A DNA stretch of 64,000 nucleotides from Myxococcota bacterium (GTDB lineage: Bacteria; Myxococcota_A; UBA9160; UBA6930), in the NCBI GenBank assembly GCA_965223415.1, contig OZ245002.1, forward strand, positions 4,640,001 to 4,704,000, given 5' to 3'. The notes beneath the pieces are model-generated. The model made no database searches and was not told where the DNA came from. It saw nothing but the letters and a program-made list of their open reading frames with translations. Positions 53,834 through 64,000 of the stretch are shown in pieces. Made by a program: the position numbers and the translations under genes. Within the stretch, counting starts at the first letter, position 1; every line of letters begins with the position of its first letter.

Positions 53834-54313
53834 GTGGGCAGCTACATCACACCGGAGGGCTTCCGGAAGCTCCAGGAGGAGGCGGATCGCCTGTGGCGGG
53901 TGGAGCGGCCGCGGGTCACCCGCGAGGTCTCCGAGGCGGCCGCCCTGGGCGATCGCTCCGAGAACGCCGAGTACATCTACGGCAAGAAGCGGTTGCGGGA
54001 GATCGACCGGCGGCTTCGCTTCCTGGCCAAGCGGATGGACGAGCTCACGGTGGTCGAGCCCTCGCCGGAGCAGGAGGGGAAGGTCTTCTTCGGCGCTTTC
54101 GTCAGCGTCGAGGACGCGGAGGGCGAGACGGCCGAGTACCAGCTCGTCGGGCCGGACGAGTCCGATCCCTCGGAGGGCCGGCTCAGCATCGAGTCTCCCC
54201 TCGGCAGGGCGCTCCTCGGGCGCGAGGAAGGTGACGAGGTGCGCGTGGCGCGTCCCCGCGACGGAGGCACCGGGGTGTTCGAGGTCGTGGGCATCCGGTA
54301 CGCGGACGCGTGA
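53834..54313 (+). CDS. greB: Transcription elongation factor GreB
   Basis: YITPEG, GDRSENAEYIYGKKRLREIDRR, SPLGRALLG. Confidence 0.92.
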   Translation: MGSYITPEGFRKLQEEADRLWRVERPRVTREVSEAAALGDRSENAEYIYGKKRLREIDRRLRFLAKRMDELTVVEPSPEQEGKVFFGAFVSVEDAEGETAEYQLVGPDESDPSEGRLSIESPLGRALLGREEGDEVRVARPRDGGTGVFEVVGIRYADA

Positions 54314-54843
54314 CGGGCGACGTCTGGATCTTCGGCTACGGCTCGCTCGTGTGGCGACCCTCCTTCCCGTTCCGCGAGCGGCGTCCCGCGCGGATCTCCG
54401 GCTGGAGCCGGCGCTTCTGGCAGGGCTCGACGGATCACCGGGGCGTGCCCGGCGCGCCGGGCCGGGTGGTGACCCTCGTGCGCGAGACCGACGCCGAGTG
54501 CTGGGGCGCGGCCTACTGCATCGCGTCCGGCGACGTGAGGGACGTGATGGACCACCTCGACTGGCGCGAGAAGGGGGGCTACGAGCGCGCCGACGAGCGG
54601 CTCGAGCTGCGGGATCCGGACGCCGAGACCGCCGGCATCGTCTACGTCGCCACCGAGAGCAATCCCAACTACCTCGGGCCCGCCCCGCTCCCGGAGATCG
54701 CCGATCAGGTGCGGCGCTCCCGGGGGCCGAGCGGCGCGAACCCGGAATACGTGCTGCGGCTGGCGGAGGCGCTGCGGGAGATGGGAGCGGACGATGCCCA
54801 CGTCTTCGCCCTCGAGGCGTTGGTGCGCGCGGACGGCGGCTGA
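54310..54843 (+). CDS. chaC: ChaC-like gamma-glutamylcyclotransferase
   Basis: WIFGYGSLVW, FWQGSTDHRG, GRVVTL, REKGGY, GPSGANPEY. Confidence 0.88.
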   Translation: MTGDVWIFGYGSLVWRPSFPFRERRPARISGWSRRFWQGSTDHRGVPGAPGRVVTLVRETDAECWGAAYCIASGDVRDVMDHLDWREKGGYERADERLELRDPDAETAGIVYVATESNPNYLGPAPLPEIADQVRRSRGPSGANPEYVLRLAEALREMGADDAHVFALEALVRADGG

Positions 54844-54869
54844 GTCCGCGGCGTGTCATTCTCCCCTCC

Positions 54870-56120
54870 ATGAGCGAAGCCACTCCGTTTCCCACCGGCG
54901 GCAACCCGCTCCTCGCGAATCCCCTGTTCCAGCAGAACCCGTACGCCCTCTACGGCATGCTGCGCGAGAGCAACCCGGTGTTCCGGCCCCCGGTGCCGAT
55001 CGAGACCGGCGCCGGGATCTTCGTGCTCACCCGTCACGCCGACGTGGAGGCCGCCCTGCGCGACAAGCACATGAGCGCCCAGCGCCAGCGGGCCGACGTG
55101 TTCCGGCGCTACGCGGACCAGCTCCCCGCGGCCATCCTCCAGGGCGGCCCCATCAGCGGCTCGATGCTGATCCAGGATCCGCCCGAGCACACCCGCCTCC
55201 GCGGGCTCGTGAACAAGGCCTTCACGCCACGACGCATCGAGGCGCTGCGACCGCGGATCGAAGCGCTGGTGGCGGGGCTCCTCGACGGAATCGGCGACGG
55301 AGGCGAGCTCGACGTGATCCACGATCTCGCCGAGCCGCTCCCGGCCATCGTGATCGCCGAGCTGCTCGGCGTGCCCGCCGAGGATCACCGGCGGTTCCGC
55401 CAGTGGTCGCAGACGCTGATCGACGGCCTGCCGGACTGGTCACCGGAGGGCCGCGCGCGCGCCGAGGAGACCGTGCAGGTCCTGGTCGACTACCTCGGGG
55501 GCCAGATCGACGAGCGGCGCCGCACGCCGCGGGACGACCTCCTGTCGGCCCTCATCGCGGCGCGGGACCAGCGCGATGCGCTCAGCGAGGCAGAGCTCGT
55601 CTCCACCTCCCTCCTGCTGCTCCTCGCCGGGCACGAGACGACGACGAACCTAATCGGCAACGGCACGCTGGCGTTCCTGAGGAACCCGGGCGAGTGGGAT
55701 CGGCTGCGGGCAGAGCCCGGCCTCCTGGACAACGCCGTGGAGGAGCTGCTGCGCTTCGACAGCCCGGTCCAGGCGACCGTGCGGGTGCCCACCGAGACGG
55801 TGGAGCTCGGCGGACAGGCCATCGAGCCGGGGGCCGTGGTGGTGTGCGGGATCGGCGCCGCCAATCGGGACCCGGAGGTGCATCCGGATCCGGACCGGCT
55901 CGACATCGGGCGCTCGGACATCCGCCACCTGTCCTTCGGGCTGGGCACCCACTTCTGCCTCGGCGCGTCCCTGGCCCGCCTCGAGGGGCGCGCCTTCTTC
56001 GCCGCGCTCCGCGACCGCTTCGCGAAGCTCGAGCTGGCCTGTGCCGAAGAGGAGCTCGCCTACCGGAGCAACCCGATCCTGCGGGGCCTGAAGGCCCTTC
56101 CGGTGCGCGCCGCCGCCTGA
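54870..56120 (+). CDS. Cytochrome P450
   Basis: AGHETT, EELLR, heme motif FGLGTHFCLG. Confidence 0.95.
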   Translation: MSEATPFPTGGNPLLANPLFQQNPYALYGMLRESNPVFRPPVPIETGAGIFVLTRHADVEAALRDKHMSAQRQRADVFRRYADQLPAAILQGGPISGSMLIQDPPEHTRLRGLVNKAFTPRRIEALRPRIEALVAGLLDGIGDGGELDVIHDLAEPLPAIVIAELLGVPAEDHRRFRQWSQTLIDGLPDWSPEGRARAEETVQVLVDYLGGQIDERRRTPRDDLLSALIAARDQRDALSEAELVSTSLLLLLAGHETTTNLIGNGTLAFLRNPGEWDRLRAEPGLLDNAVEELLRFDSPVQATVRVPTETVELGGQAIEPGAVVVCGIGAANRDPEVHPDPDRLDIGRSDIRHLSFGLGTHFCLGASLARLEGRAFFAALRDRFAKLELACAEEELAYRSNPILRGLKALPVRAAA

Positions 56121-56128
56121 CCGCCCTG

Positions 56129-56998
56129 CTACATGTGCGGGAGCAGGCCGATCGGGCACTCCCCCCGCGCCAGCTTCTGCGCCCGCTCGACGAGCTGGGC
56201 CTCCATGTCCTCGCGGCCGATCATGATCACGAAGTCGCCCTTCTTGATCCCCTCGATGGCGAAGCGGGCCAGCTCGTCCAGGTCCTGCACCGGCAGCTCG
56301 ATGCCCGCCTTCTTCATGCCCTCCATGAAGTCGTCGAACTTCACCTCGGTACCCGCCGGGAACTCCTTCGCGCGGGCCAGCTCCGCCGGGCGGTTGCGCC
56401 GCGTGGTCCAGATGCCGGTGTCGAGCATGCCGCCGGAGGGATAGAAGATGGCGGCCCGCAGGTTCGTGTCCTGGCCCGCGAGCTGGGCGCCGAGGCACTC
56501 GGTCAGGATGGAGACGGCGGCCTTGCTCGAGGCGTAGACCGATTGCTCCGCCAGGGGTGAGATGCCGCCGTCGCCGGAGGAGGTATTCATCACGAAGCCC
56601 TCCTCGCCGCCTTCCAGCATGCGCGGCACGAAGGCCTGGATGCCGTGCACCACGCCGCGCACATTCACGCCGTGCACCCACATCCAGTCGCTGGGCTCGG
56701 TCTCCCAGACGTTCAGATTCGCCACGCTCACGCCGGCGTTGTTGCACAGCAGGTGGCAGGCACCGTGGAGGTCGTACACCTGATCCGCGAGCGCGTTCAC
56801 CGAGGCCGGGTCGGACACGTCGGTGACGACGCCGGTCACCTCGCCGGACAGGCCGCCGATCGCGCGATCGAGGGCCGGCTTCTCCACGTCGGCGACCACC
56901 ACCTTCATGCCTTCCGCCAGGAAGGCCCGCACCAGCGCCAGGCCGATGCCGCTGGCACCGCCGGTCACCACCGCCACGCGATCGCGAAGCTCCTGCAT
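56129..56998 (-). CDS. Short-chain dehydrogenase/reductase
   Basis: TGGASGIG, NNAG, YASSK. Confidence 0.92.
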   Translation of the reverse strand: MQELRDRVAVVTGGASGIGLALVRAFLAEGMKVVVADVEKPALDRAIGGLSGEVTGVVTDVSDPASVNALADQVYDLHGACHLLCNNAGVSVANLNVWETEPSDWMWVHGVNVRGVVHGIQAFVPRMLEGGEEGFVMNTSSGDGGISPLAEQSVYASSKAAVSILTECLGAQLAGQDTNLRAAIFYPSGGMLDTGIWTTRRNRPAELARAKEFPAGTEVKFDDFMEGMKKAGIELPVQDLDELARFAIEGIKKGDFVIMIGREDMEAQLVERAQKLARGECPIGLLPHM

Positions 56999-57065
56999 AC
57001 GTCAGCTCTCCTTCGAGTTGAGCGGCCGAGGATACCGCGGGACGAGGCGACGTTCCTTCGCGCGG

Positions 57066-58511
57066 CTACGCGGTCTCCTCGGCCCTCGGCCGAAGCTCGA
57101 TGGGGCCGTCCGCGAGCTTCAGGAGCTCCTCCTGGCTCTCGCGCAGGAAGGCGACGAAGCGGGCCAGGTCGGGCACGACCTCGTAGTCGGCATTGAAGCC
57201 CCAGCACAGCCGGCCGTCGTAGCTGAACAGCGCGATGCCGAGCCCGGTGCGGTCGGTGAGGGGCACCTGCGGGTAGATCTCGTTCATCGGCGCGCCCATC
57301 ATGTAGAGGGGCACCTGGGGCCCGGGCACGTTGGTGACGACCAGGTTGAAGGGCAGCAGCCGCGAGGCGTTGCGGGCACCGAGGGAGAGCAGGGTGGCCG
57401 GCGTCCAGTCCGCCACCTGGGTGAGCGCCTCGGCGCCCACCGCGCTCTTCGACTCCTTGAGCTCCCGGGTCGAGTCCGAGATGCGCCGGAGCTGCTCGCG
57501 CGGGTCCTCGGCGTCGAGGGGCAGGGGGAGGATCCAGGCGGAGACGCGGTTGCCGAGCTTCCCGCGCTCGTCCTGGCTGCGCACGCTCACCGGGGCCAGC
57601 ACGCGGAACTCGAGGTCCTGGGTGTCGACGCGTCGGTATTGGAGGTAGCGGCGGACGGCGCCGGTGACGATCGTCAGCACCACGTCGTTCAGGGAGCCGC
57701 CGAGCTGGCTGCGCACCCGCTTCACCTCGGCCAGGTCCATCGTGTGCCAGTCGAAGCGCCGGTGGGGGCCGATCTGCTGGTTCAGCGGCGTGGAGGAGAC
57801 CGGGCGCAGGGTCGTGCCCAGGGTCTCGGCGGCGGCGCGCAGGCGGCTCGTCAGGTCGCGGCGGCGCTCGCCGACCTCCTGCCAGAGGTCGCGGGCGCCT
57901 CGCACGAGGTCGAGGGGCAGGCGCAGCCGGCGGAGCATCTCGTCCTGCAGGAGCTCCCCGTCGCTCGGGGCCGGCCGCGGCACGAAGGCCGGCGGGTCGA
58001 GCACCTCGAACTCCGGGGTGGTCTGCATGAGCACGTTCATCAGGTCGACACCGGAGACGCCGTCGATCATGCAGTGATGGGTCTTGCTGACGACGGCGAA
58101 GCGGTCGTCCTGGAGGCCCTCGATGAACCACATCTCCCACATGGGTCGGGTGCGGTCGAGGCGCTGGGCCATGATGCGCGAGGCCAGGCGCTTCAGCTGA
58201 TCATCGTCTCCGGGGCGGGGCAGGCTCGTGTGGCGGACGTGGTAGTCGAGGTTGAAGTCCGCGTCGTCGATCCAGACCGGCGACTGCTCGATGGGCACCC
58301 AGGCCAGCTTCTGCCGGTAGCGGGGAATGCGGTGCAGGATCGACTCGATGCCCTTCTTCACGAGGGTCATATCGATGCCGCCGTCCGCGGTGCGAAGGGG
58401 CCCCGCGTCGTACAGCGCCGTCGAGGAGACGTGCATGAAGGTGTTGGGGCCCTCGAGAAGGAGGAAGGAGTTGTCGAGGGCGGTCAGGCGGTCGTAGGCG
58501 TAGCGGGCCAT
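57066..58511 (-). CDS. Wax ester synthase/diacylglycerol acyltransferase (WS/DGAT)
   Basis: HHCMIDG catalytic motif, LDRTRPMWE, NLVVTNVPGP. Confidence 0.93.
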   Translation of the reverse strand: MARYAYDRLTALDNSFLLLEGPNTFMHVSSTALYDAGPLRTADGGIDMTLVKKGIESILHRIPRYRQKLAWVPIEQSPVWIDDADFNLDYHVRHTSLPRPGDDDQLKRLASRIMAQRLDRTRPMWEMWFIEGLQDDRFAVVSKTHHCMIDGVSGVDLMNVLMQTTPEFEVLDPPAFVPRPAPSDGELLQDEMLRRLRLPLDLVRGARDLWQEVGERRRDLTSRLRAAAETLGTTLRPVSSTPLNQQIGPHRRFDWHTMDLAEVKRVRSQLGGSLNDVVLTIVTGAVRRYLQYRRVDTQDLEFRVLAPVSVRSQDERGKLGNRVSAWILPLPLDAEDPREQLRRISDSTRELKESKSAVGAEALTQVADWTPATLLSLGARNASRLLPFNLVVTNVPGPQVPLYMMGAPMNEIYPQVPLTDRTGLGIALFSYDGRLCWGFNADYEVVPDLARFVAFLRESQEELLKLADGPIELRPRAEETA

Positions 58512-58637
58512 GCGGTCTCCCTGGAGAGGTCTTGACGCGTCGCATCATAGCGGACCGAGCCGTGGCGTCCTGCGCGGAGGAGATCGTCCCCTGGGGGATC
58601 GTCAAGTCGCCCCCCGGTTCCTGCCGATGAGCTGCGC

Positions 58638-59393
58638 ATGCCGAACCTTTGCATCCACCTCCTGTGCGAGGGCCAGCTCCTGGCCGAAATTCCCTTCAGC
58701 GCCGACCGGCTCCAGGTGGGCCGGCTGGAGGAGAACGACGTCGTCGTGCCGGACCGGGCCGCGAGCCGCACCCACGCGCTCCTCGAGCGGGACGGCGAGC
58801 AGGTGTTCGTGCTCGATCTCGGCAGCCAGAACGGCATCTGGCTCGGCGAGCGACGCATCGCGGGGCGCACGCCGATCGGCCCCGAGGACGAGCTGCGCAT
58901 CGGCAGCCATCGGCTGCGGGTCGTGCCGTCGGCGTGCGCCCTCGCCGAGGACGACGAGGAAGAGCGAGACGGGGACGGCGTGGCGACCGTCATGATGCGC
59001 CCCCCGGAGGCCCCGTCCGGCGTGACGGACCTGGAGCCGGCGGGACTCGAGCCGTTCTCGATCCGCGAAGAGGACCTGGCGGGCCCGGACGACCCGTCGC
59101 CGGTGGCGGACGAGCACGTGATCGAAGCGGGCGAGGCGGACCTGTTCGGCGCTCCCCAGGTCTTCTCGTCCGAGTTCGACGAGCCGATGGCGGACGCCGT
59201 GGAGGCAGACGCCGAGGAGGCCAAGGAGCTCGAGCTCGTCCCCGTCTTCGAAGAGGTCCGGAGCGAGCCCTGGGTGCTCGAGCTCGAGGTGGATCCGGCG
59301 TCGCTGCCCGAGCCCCTGCGCCGGGCCGTCGACGAGCTGGACGAGCCGGGGGAGCTGCGTCTCAGCGTCGTGCTGCGCCGTCGCGGCGCCTAA
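58638..59393 (+). CDS. FHA-domain protein with acidic tail
   Basis: VGR, SRTHA, DLGSQNG. Confidence 0.8.
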   Translation: MPNLCIHLLCEGQLLAEIPFSADRLQVGRLEENDVVVPDRAASRTHALLERDGEQVFVLDLGSQNGIWLGERRIAGRTPIGPEDELRIGSHRLRVVPSACALAEDDEEERDGDGVATVMMRPPEAPSGVTDLEPAGLEPFSIREEDLAGPDDPSPVADEHVIEAGEADLFGAPQVFSSEFDEPMADAVEADAEEAKELELVPVFEEVRSEPWVLELEVDPASLPEPLRRAVDELDEPGELRLSVVLRRRGA

Positions 59394-60175
59394 CGAGACT
59401 GGCTGCGCCCGCGCTCTTGGATGGCGGCACGGCGGCCTGCCACGTCGTCGGCGCTGACGCGGGTGACCTGCTCGTTGGAGACGCGCCGCTCGTAGGCGCG
59501 GCTCTCGCCGTAGGGCATCGCGTAGCCCTCGTCGATCATCCGCTTGTAGCCGCGCATGGCGTCGGGGACGCAGGACAGCATGTCGCGGGCGAGGGCCTGG
59601 CAGGTGGGCAGGAGCTCCTCGGTGGGCACGAGGCGGGCCAGCAGGCCCCAGCGCTCGGCGGTCTCTGCATCGACGAAGTTGCCGGTGAGGGACACGAGCT
59701 TGGCCCGGCCGATACCGATCATCCGGGAGAGCTTCTGGGAGAGGCCCCAGCCGGGCAGGATGCCGACCCGGGCGTGGGTGTCGGCGAAGCGGGTCTCCGG
59801 GCAGCCGATCAGCACGTCGCAGGCCAGGGCGACCTCGAAGCCGCCGGTGATCGCGAAGCCGTTGATCGCGCCGAGGATTGGCAGCGGGCAGGCCTCCATC
59901 GCCCGTACGGCGTCCTCGACCGGCGGCAGCTCGCCGGCGCCGCCCTCGGCCGGGCCGGCGCTGCCGAGCTCCTTCAGGTCGACGCCGGCCGAGAAGGCGG
60001 TGCCGGCGCCGGTGAGCACCACCGCCCCCACCTCCGGATCGTCCGACAGCGCGTCGAACGTCTCGGCAATGGCCCGCCGAAGCGCGCTGGAGAGCGCGTT
60101 GCGCGCCTCGGGCCGATTCAACGTGACGGTCGCGACACCGTCCTTCTTCTCCACGAGGATCACCGGTTCACCCAT
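59390..60175 (-). CDS. Enoyl-CoA hydratase/isomerase
   Basis: LNRPEARNAL, FSAGVDL, INGFAITGGFE, DTHARVG. Confidence 0.92.
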   Translation of the reverse strand: MGEPVILVEKKDGVATVTLNRPEARNALSSALRRAIAETFDALSDDPEVGAVVLTGAGTAFSAGVDLKELGSAGPAEGGAGELPPVEDAVRAMEACPLPILGAINGFAITGGFEVALACDVLIGCPETRFADTHARVGILPGWGLSQKLSRMIGIGRAKLVSLTGNFVDAETAERWGLLARLVPTEELLPTCQALARDMLSCVPDAMRGYKRMIDEGYAMPYGESRAYERRVSNEQVTRVSADDVAGRRAAIQERGRSQSR

Positions 60176-60196
60176 GCCCACCAGCATACGCGATCC

Positions 60197-60266
60197 CGCA
60201 AGAGTGGGGACGTTCCTTGGAACTTGCGCAATTGCGCAAGTTGCAAGGAACGTCCCCACTCTTGCG
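60197..60266. repeat. 70-bp near-perfect palindrome (REP/MITE-like)
   Basis: 35-bp arms centred on CAA|TTG with no loop and one G/G mismatch (60220/60243). Confidence 0.9.
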
Positions 60267-60274
60267 TTTCCTAG

Positions 60275-61565
60275 CAGGCTGCGGAAGAACGCCGATGGTA
60301 CGCAGAGAACGGTGCCTTGGAGGCGCTTTGGCTAGGAAAGGAGCGCGGAATCGAGGCCTTGCCGCCGGTTGACGCCCGGCTCGCTGCCAACGGGGCCCTC
60401 CACTCGACCCGACAAGCTACGTGGGGCATAGCAGGTTCCTCATCCTCACAAGGTTGTAGGCCGCCTGGGTGAACGTGAACATCCAGCCCACCCGCTCCTT
60501 GCCGCGATGCTTCACCTTGCGAATCGGGCCTACCGTCTTCCCCCAGCCGAAGACCTGCTCGATCGCCTTGCGTTTGCGCTGGCTGATCTCGTAGCCCACG
60601 TGCGTCGTCGTTCGATCATCGATCGCGCTGCGGCGGCCCTTGTCGTTCTGCGCAACGTGCGGGGTCACGCCCAGCTCTCGAAGCTCTTCGACATGCGACA
60701 CCGTGTCGTAGCCCTTGTCTCCGCCCAACGTCGATCGCCGTCCGCGTGGCACCCGCTTCACCATCGCCACCGAGGCCTCGCGCTCCGCCGTGCCCGTGGC
60801 CAGCGTCGTCTTGGCCGCCACCACCAGGCCATGCCGGTTCTCCGTCACCACGTGGCCCATGAAGCACAGCTTCGCTTCCTTCCCCTTCCCCTTGCGGTAG
60901 AGCCGGGACTCCGGGTCCGTCGTCGAGGCGTGCGTGTCGTTCTTCCTACGCTCACCGTGGAAGTCCCGCTCCGTCGCCTTCCGTCCACCCCCGCGGCCGC
61001 CCCGGTCCTCGTCCTTCGGCCGAAAGCTCTTCTGCCCCGCCCATGCCTCGATCAGCGTGCCGTCCACCGTGAAGTGCTCGTCCGACAGAAGCCCCTCCTC
61101 GCGGGCCTCCGCCAACACGGCCTGAAAGAACCCCTCCGCGATCTCTCCCCGAAGCAACCGATCCCGATTCTTCGTGAACACCGTCACGTCCCAGACCCGG
61201 TCGTCCATCTCGAGCCCCACGAACCAGCGGAACAGCAGGTTGTACTCGAGCTGCTCCATCAGCATCCGCTCGCTTCGCACCGAGTAGAGCACCTGCAGCA
61301 GCAGGGCCCGCAACAGGTGCTCGGGCGGAATCGACGGCCGACCCGTCCGCGAGTACAGCTTCCGCAACCTCCCGTCCAGCCGGACCAGGGCGCGATTCGT
61401 CATCTCCCGCGTCACGCGCAGTGGATGATCGGCGGGGACACGCGCCTCCGGCGACACGTAGCTGAACATCGTGGACTGCGTTCGATCGGTTCCGCGCATC
61501 TCCATCCCCCCGGTATGCCTGTACCAACCGATTCGACCCGTCGCACGGGGTTTTTCCGCAGCCTG
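60275..61565 (-). mobile_element. IS5-family insertion sequence, copy B (diverged from copy A)
   Basis: TIR CAGGCTGCGGAA/TTCCGCAGCCTG, flanked by CTAG (60271-60274, 61566-61569). Confidence 0.92.
60417..61499 (-). CDS. IS5-family DDE transposase
   Basis: VPADHPLR, GRPSIPPE, VDGTLIEA, GDKGYD, RKAIEQVFGW. Confidence 0.93.
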   Translation of the reverse strand: MRGTDRTQSTMFSYVSPEARVPADHPLRVTREMTNRALVRLDGRLRKLYSRTGRPSIPPEHLLRALLLQVLYSVRSERMLMEQLEYNLLFRWFVGLEMDDRVWDVTVFTKNRDRLLRGEIAEGFFQAVLAEAREEGLLSDEHFTVDGTLIEAWAGQKSFRPKDEDRGGRGGGRKATERDFHGERRKNDTHASTTDPESRLYRKGKGKEAKLCFMGHVVTENRHGLVVAAKTTLATGTAEREASVAMVKRVPRGRRSTLGGDKGYDTVSHVEELRELGVTPHVAQNDKGRRSAIDDRTTTHVGYEISQRKRKAIEQVFGWGKTVGPIRKVKHRGKERVGWMFTFTQAAYNLVRMRNLLCPT

Positions 61566-62045
61566 CTAGGTCTCGAACAGGGTGCGGGTGTCGTCCTGGA
61601 GGAGGGTGTAGAGGGTGAGCGCGCCGATCACGGTGCCGAGGGGGAACCAGAACAGGGAGAGGGCGCCGATCACGAGGGCGAAGCTCCGGGCCCAGGGGCG
61701 GCGGCGAAGCAGGCCCACGCCGGCAGCGAGGCCCGGGATCGAGAGGCCGCCGACCACGGCGGCGATCGCCGCCCCGATGCCGCCCAGGATCCAGCTCGCC
61801 GTCGGATCGCCGCTGGCCAGGCCGATGCCGGCGATCGCCGTGAAGACGATCGCCGCCGCAGCGGCGCCCAGGCCGTGGACCACCAGGAAGGCGAGGGCGA
61901 GGAGCCGCACGCGCTCCTCTGCCCGCGCTCTTCCCTCGACCCGCCGTACGATCCGCGTGAACTCCGGCTCCTCTTCGTGGAGCCAGGCGTCCTCCGACGG
62001 CGACCGCCAGGCCCCCTCCGCTCGCGATCGCACGGGCGCGGTCAC
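61566..62045 (-). CDS. Small multi-pass membrane protein coupled to pspA
   Basis: Three to four hydrophobic helices; GLLRRRPWAR...FPLGT; start overlaps the pspA stop. Confidence 0.65.
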   Translation of the reverse strand: MTAPVRSRAEGAWRSPSEDAWLHEEEPEFTRIVRRVEGRARAEERVRLLALAFLVVHGLGAAAAAIVFTAIAGIGLASGDPTASWILGGIGAAIAAVVGGLSIPGLAAGVGLLRRRPWARSFALVIGALSLFWFPLGTVIGALTLYTLLQDDTRTLFET

Positions 62046-62788
62046 CGGGAGGCCACCGGCACCGCGGCGGCCGGTCGCGCCGCCTTGGCGGGCAGGGCGG
62101 CGGAGCTCATCTGCCGCTTGAACTGCTCGAGCTCCTGGCGCGCCGCCTCCTGGGTGGCCTCACGCCGGATGCTCTTGAGCCGGCCCTGCAGGTCGTCGTC
62201 GGCGCCGAGCTCGCGGTCGAGCTCGCCCTCGGTCGCGAGGCGCGCCACGTGGGCGCGCACGCTCTCGAGGGCCCGCATGTCCGCGTCCACCGAGAGCCCC
62301 TCGATCGCTTCCTGGATCCGCCGCCGCGCCTTCGCGTTGGCGAGGGTGACGACGATGCGTCCCTTCTCGCGCTCGAGGGCGCGGATCTCCTCGCGGAAGC
62401 GCACCAGGTTCGTCTTGGCCTCCTCGGCTTGGATCTTCAGGCCCTCGAACTCCTGCTCGGCCCGCTCGATGTCCTCGCTGAGGGCCTGCTTGTGGGTGAT
62501 CAGGGTGAGGGCGACGTCGTCCTCGCCCCGACCGACGGTGCGCCGGATGTCCTCGAGGGTCCGGGACAGCTCGGCGCGGCGCTCGGAGAGATCCCCCTCG
62601 AGCTTGTTGCGCATGTACAGGATGCCGGCGACGGCCTCCTTGAGCTCGCGGTACTGGCCCACCCGCTCGGAGATGGCGTTCTCGAACACCGCCTGCGGGT
62701 TTTGCTGCTCGCGGCCGCGCAGCCAGTGGGTGGCCCATCCCGAGATGAAGCCGAAGAGTCGGGCGAAGAAGCCGGGTCGCTGGGTCAT
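62042..62788 (-). CDS. PspA/IM30-family protein
   Basis: Long coiled coil, NPQAVFENAI, GEDDVAL, ANAKARRRIQEA. Confidence 0.75.
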   Translation of the reverse strand: MTQRPGFFARLFGFISGWATHWLRGREQQNPQAVFENAISERVGQYRELKEAVAGILYMRNKLEGDLSERRAELSRTLEDIRRTVGRGEDDVALTLITHKQALSEDIERAEQEFEGLKIQAEEAKTNLVRFREEIRALEREKGRIVVTLANAKARRRIQEAIEGLSVDADMRALESVRAHVARLATEGELDRELGADDDLQGRLKSIRREATQEAARQELEQFKRQMSSAALPAKAARPAAAVPVASR

Positions 62789-62833
62789 GTCGTCCTCCTG
62801 GGGCGTGGGCGCGCCGAGATCGTTTCGGTCGCT

Positions 62834-64000
<1,167 letters not shown>

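Overview
High-GC bacterial DNA; gene content and order point to a Myxococcota/deltaproteobacterium-type organism (inference). (1) 1-29.0 kb: a type IVa pilus locus: pilS-pilR, a second HAMP kinase, a minor-pilin cassette (fimU/pilV/pilW/pilX-like, Ig-fold lipoprotein, pilY1), an inverted second sigma54 regulator, a small HTH gene and pilMNOPQ. Then aroK/aroB/aroQ interleaved with TPR, roadblock/LC7, SgmX-like and ExeA-like genes. (2) 29.1-40.0 kb: a ~10.9 kb element integrated in tRNA-Gly(CCC), bounded by 47-bp att repeats. It carries a tyrosine integrase, RHH and excisionase-like genes, a primase-helicase, a degenerate sigma-like gene, a Zn-ribbon gene, a nested IS5-family element and two cargo genes. 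(3) 40-64 kb: metabolic and regulatory genes (frameshifted VOC gene, ferritin-like, histone-like, hybrid kinase, tupA/porin/modE, amtB, SNF2, greB, chaC, P450, WS/DGAT, a second IS5-family element, PspA module). Main new observations: the att core lies inside the integrase ORF, so integration swaps its C-terminal tail (TEEEDED vs SRCSTN); a recurring sigma28-like promoter motif across the pilus locus; two sigma54 promoters sharing an enhancer-like motif; both IS copies sit in CTAG sites that are stop codons; a loop-less 70-bp palindrome; and a ModE-box/porin/orphan-TupA/kinase module. All calls come from reading the sequence; no database searches were run.
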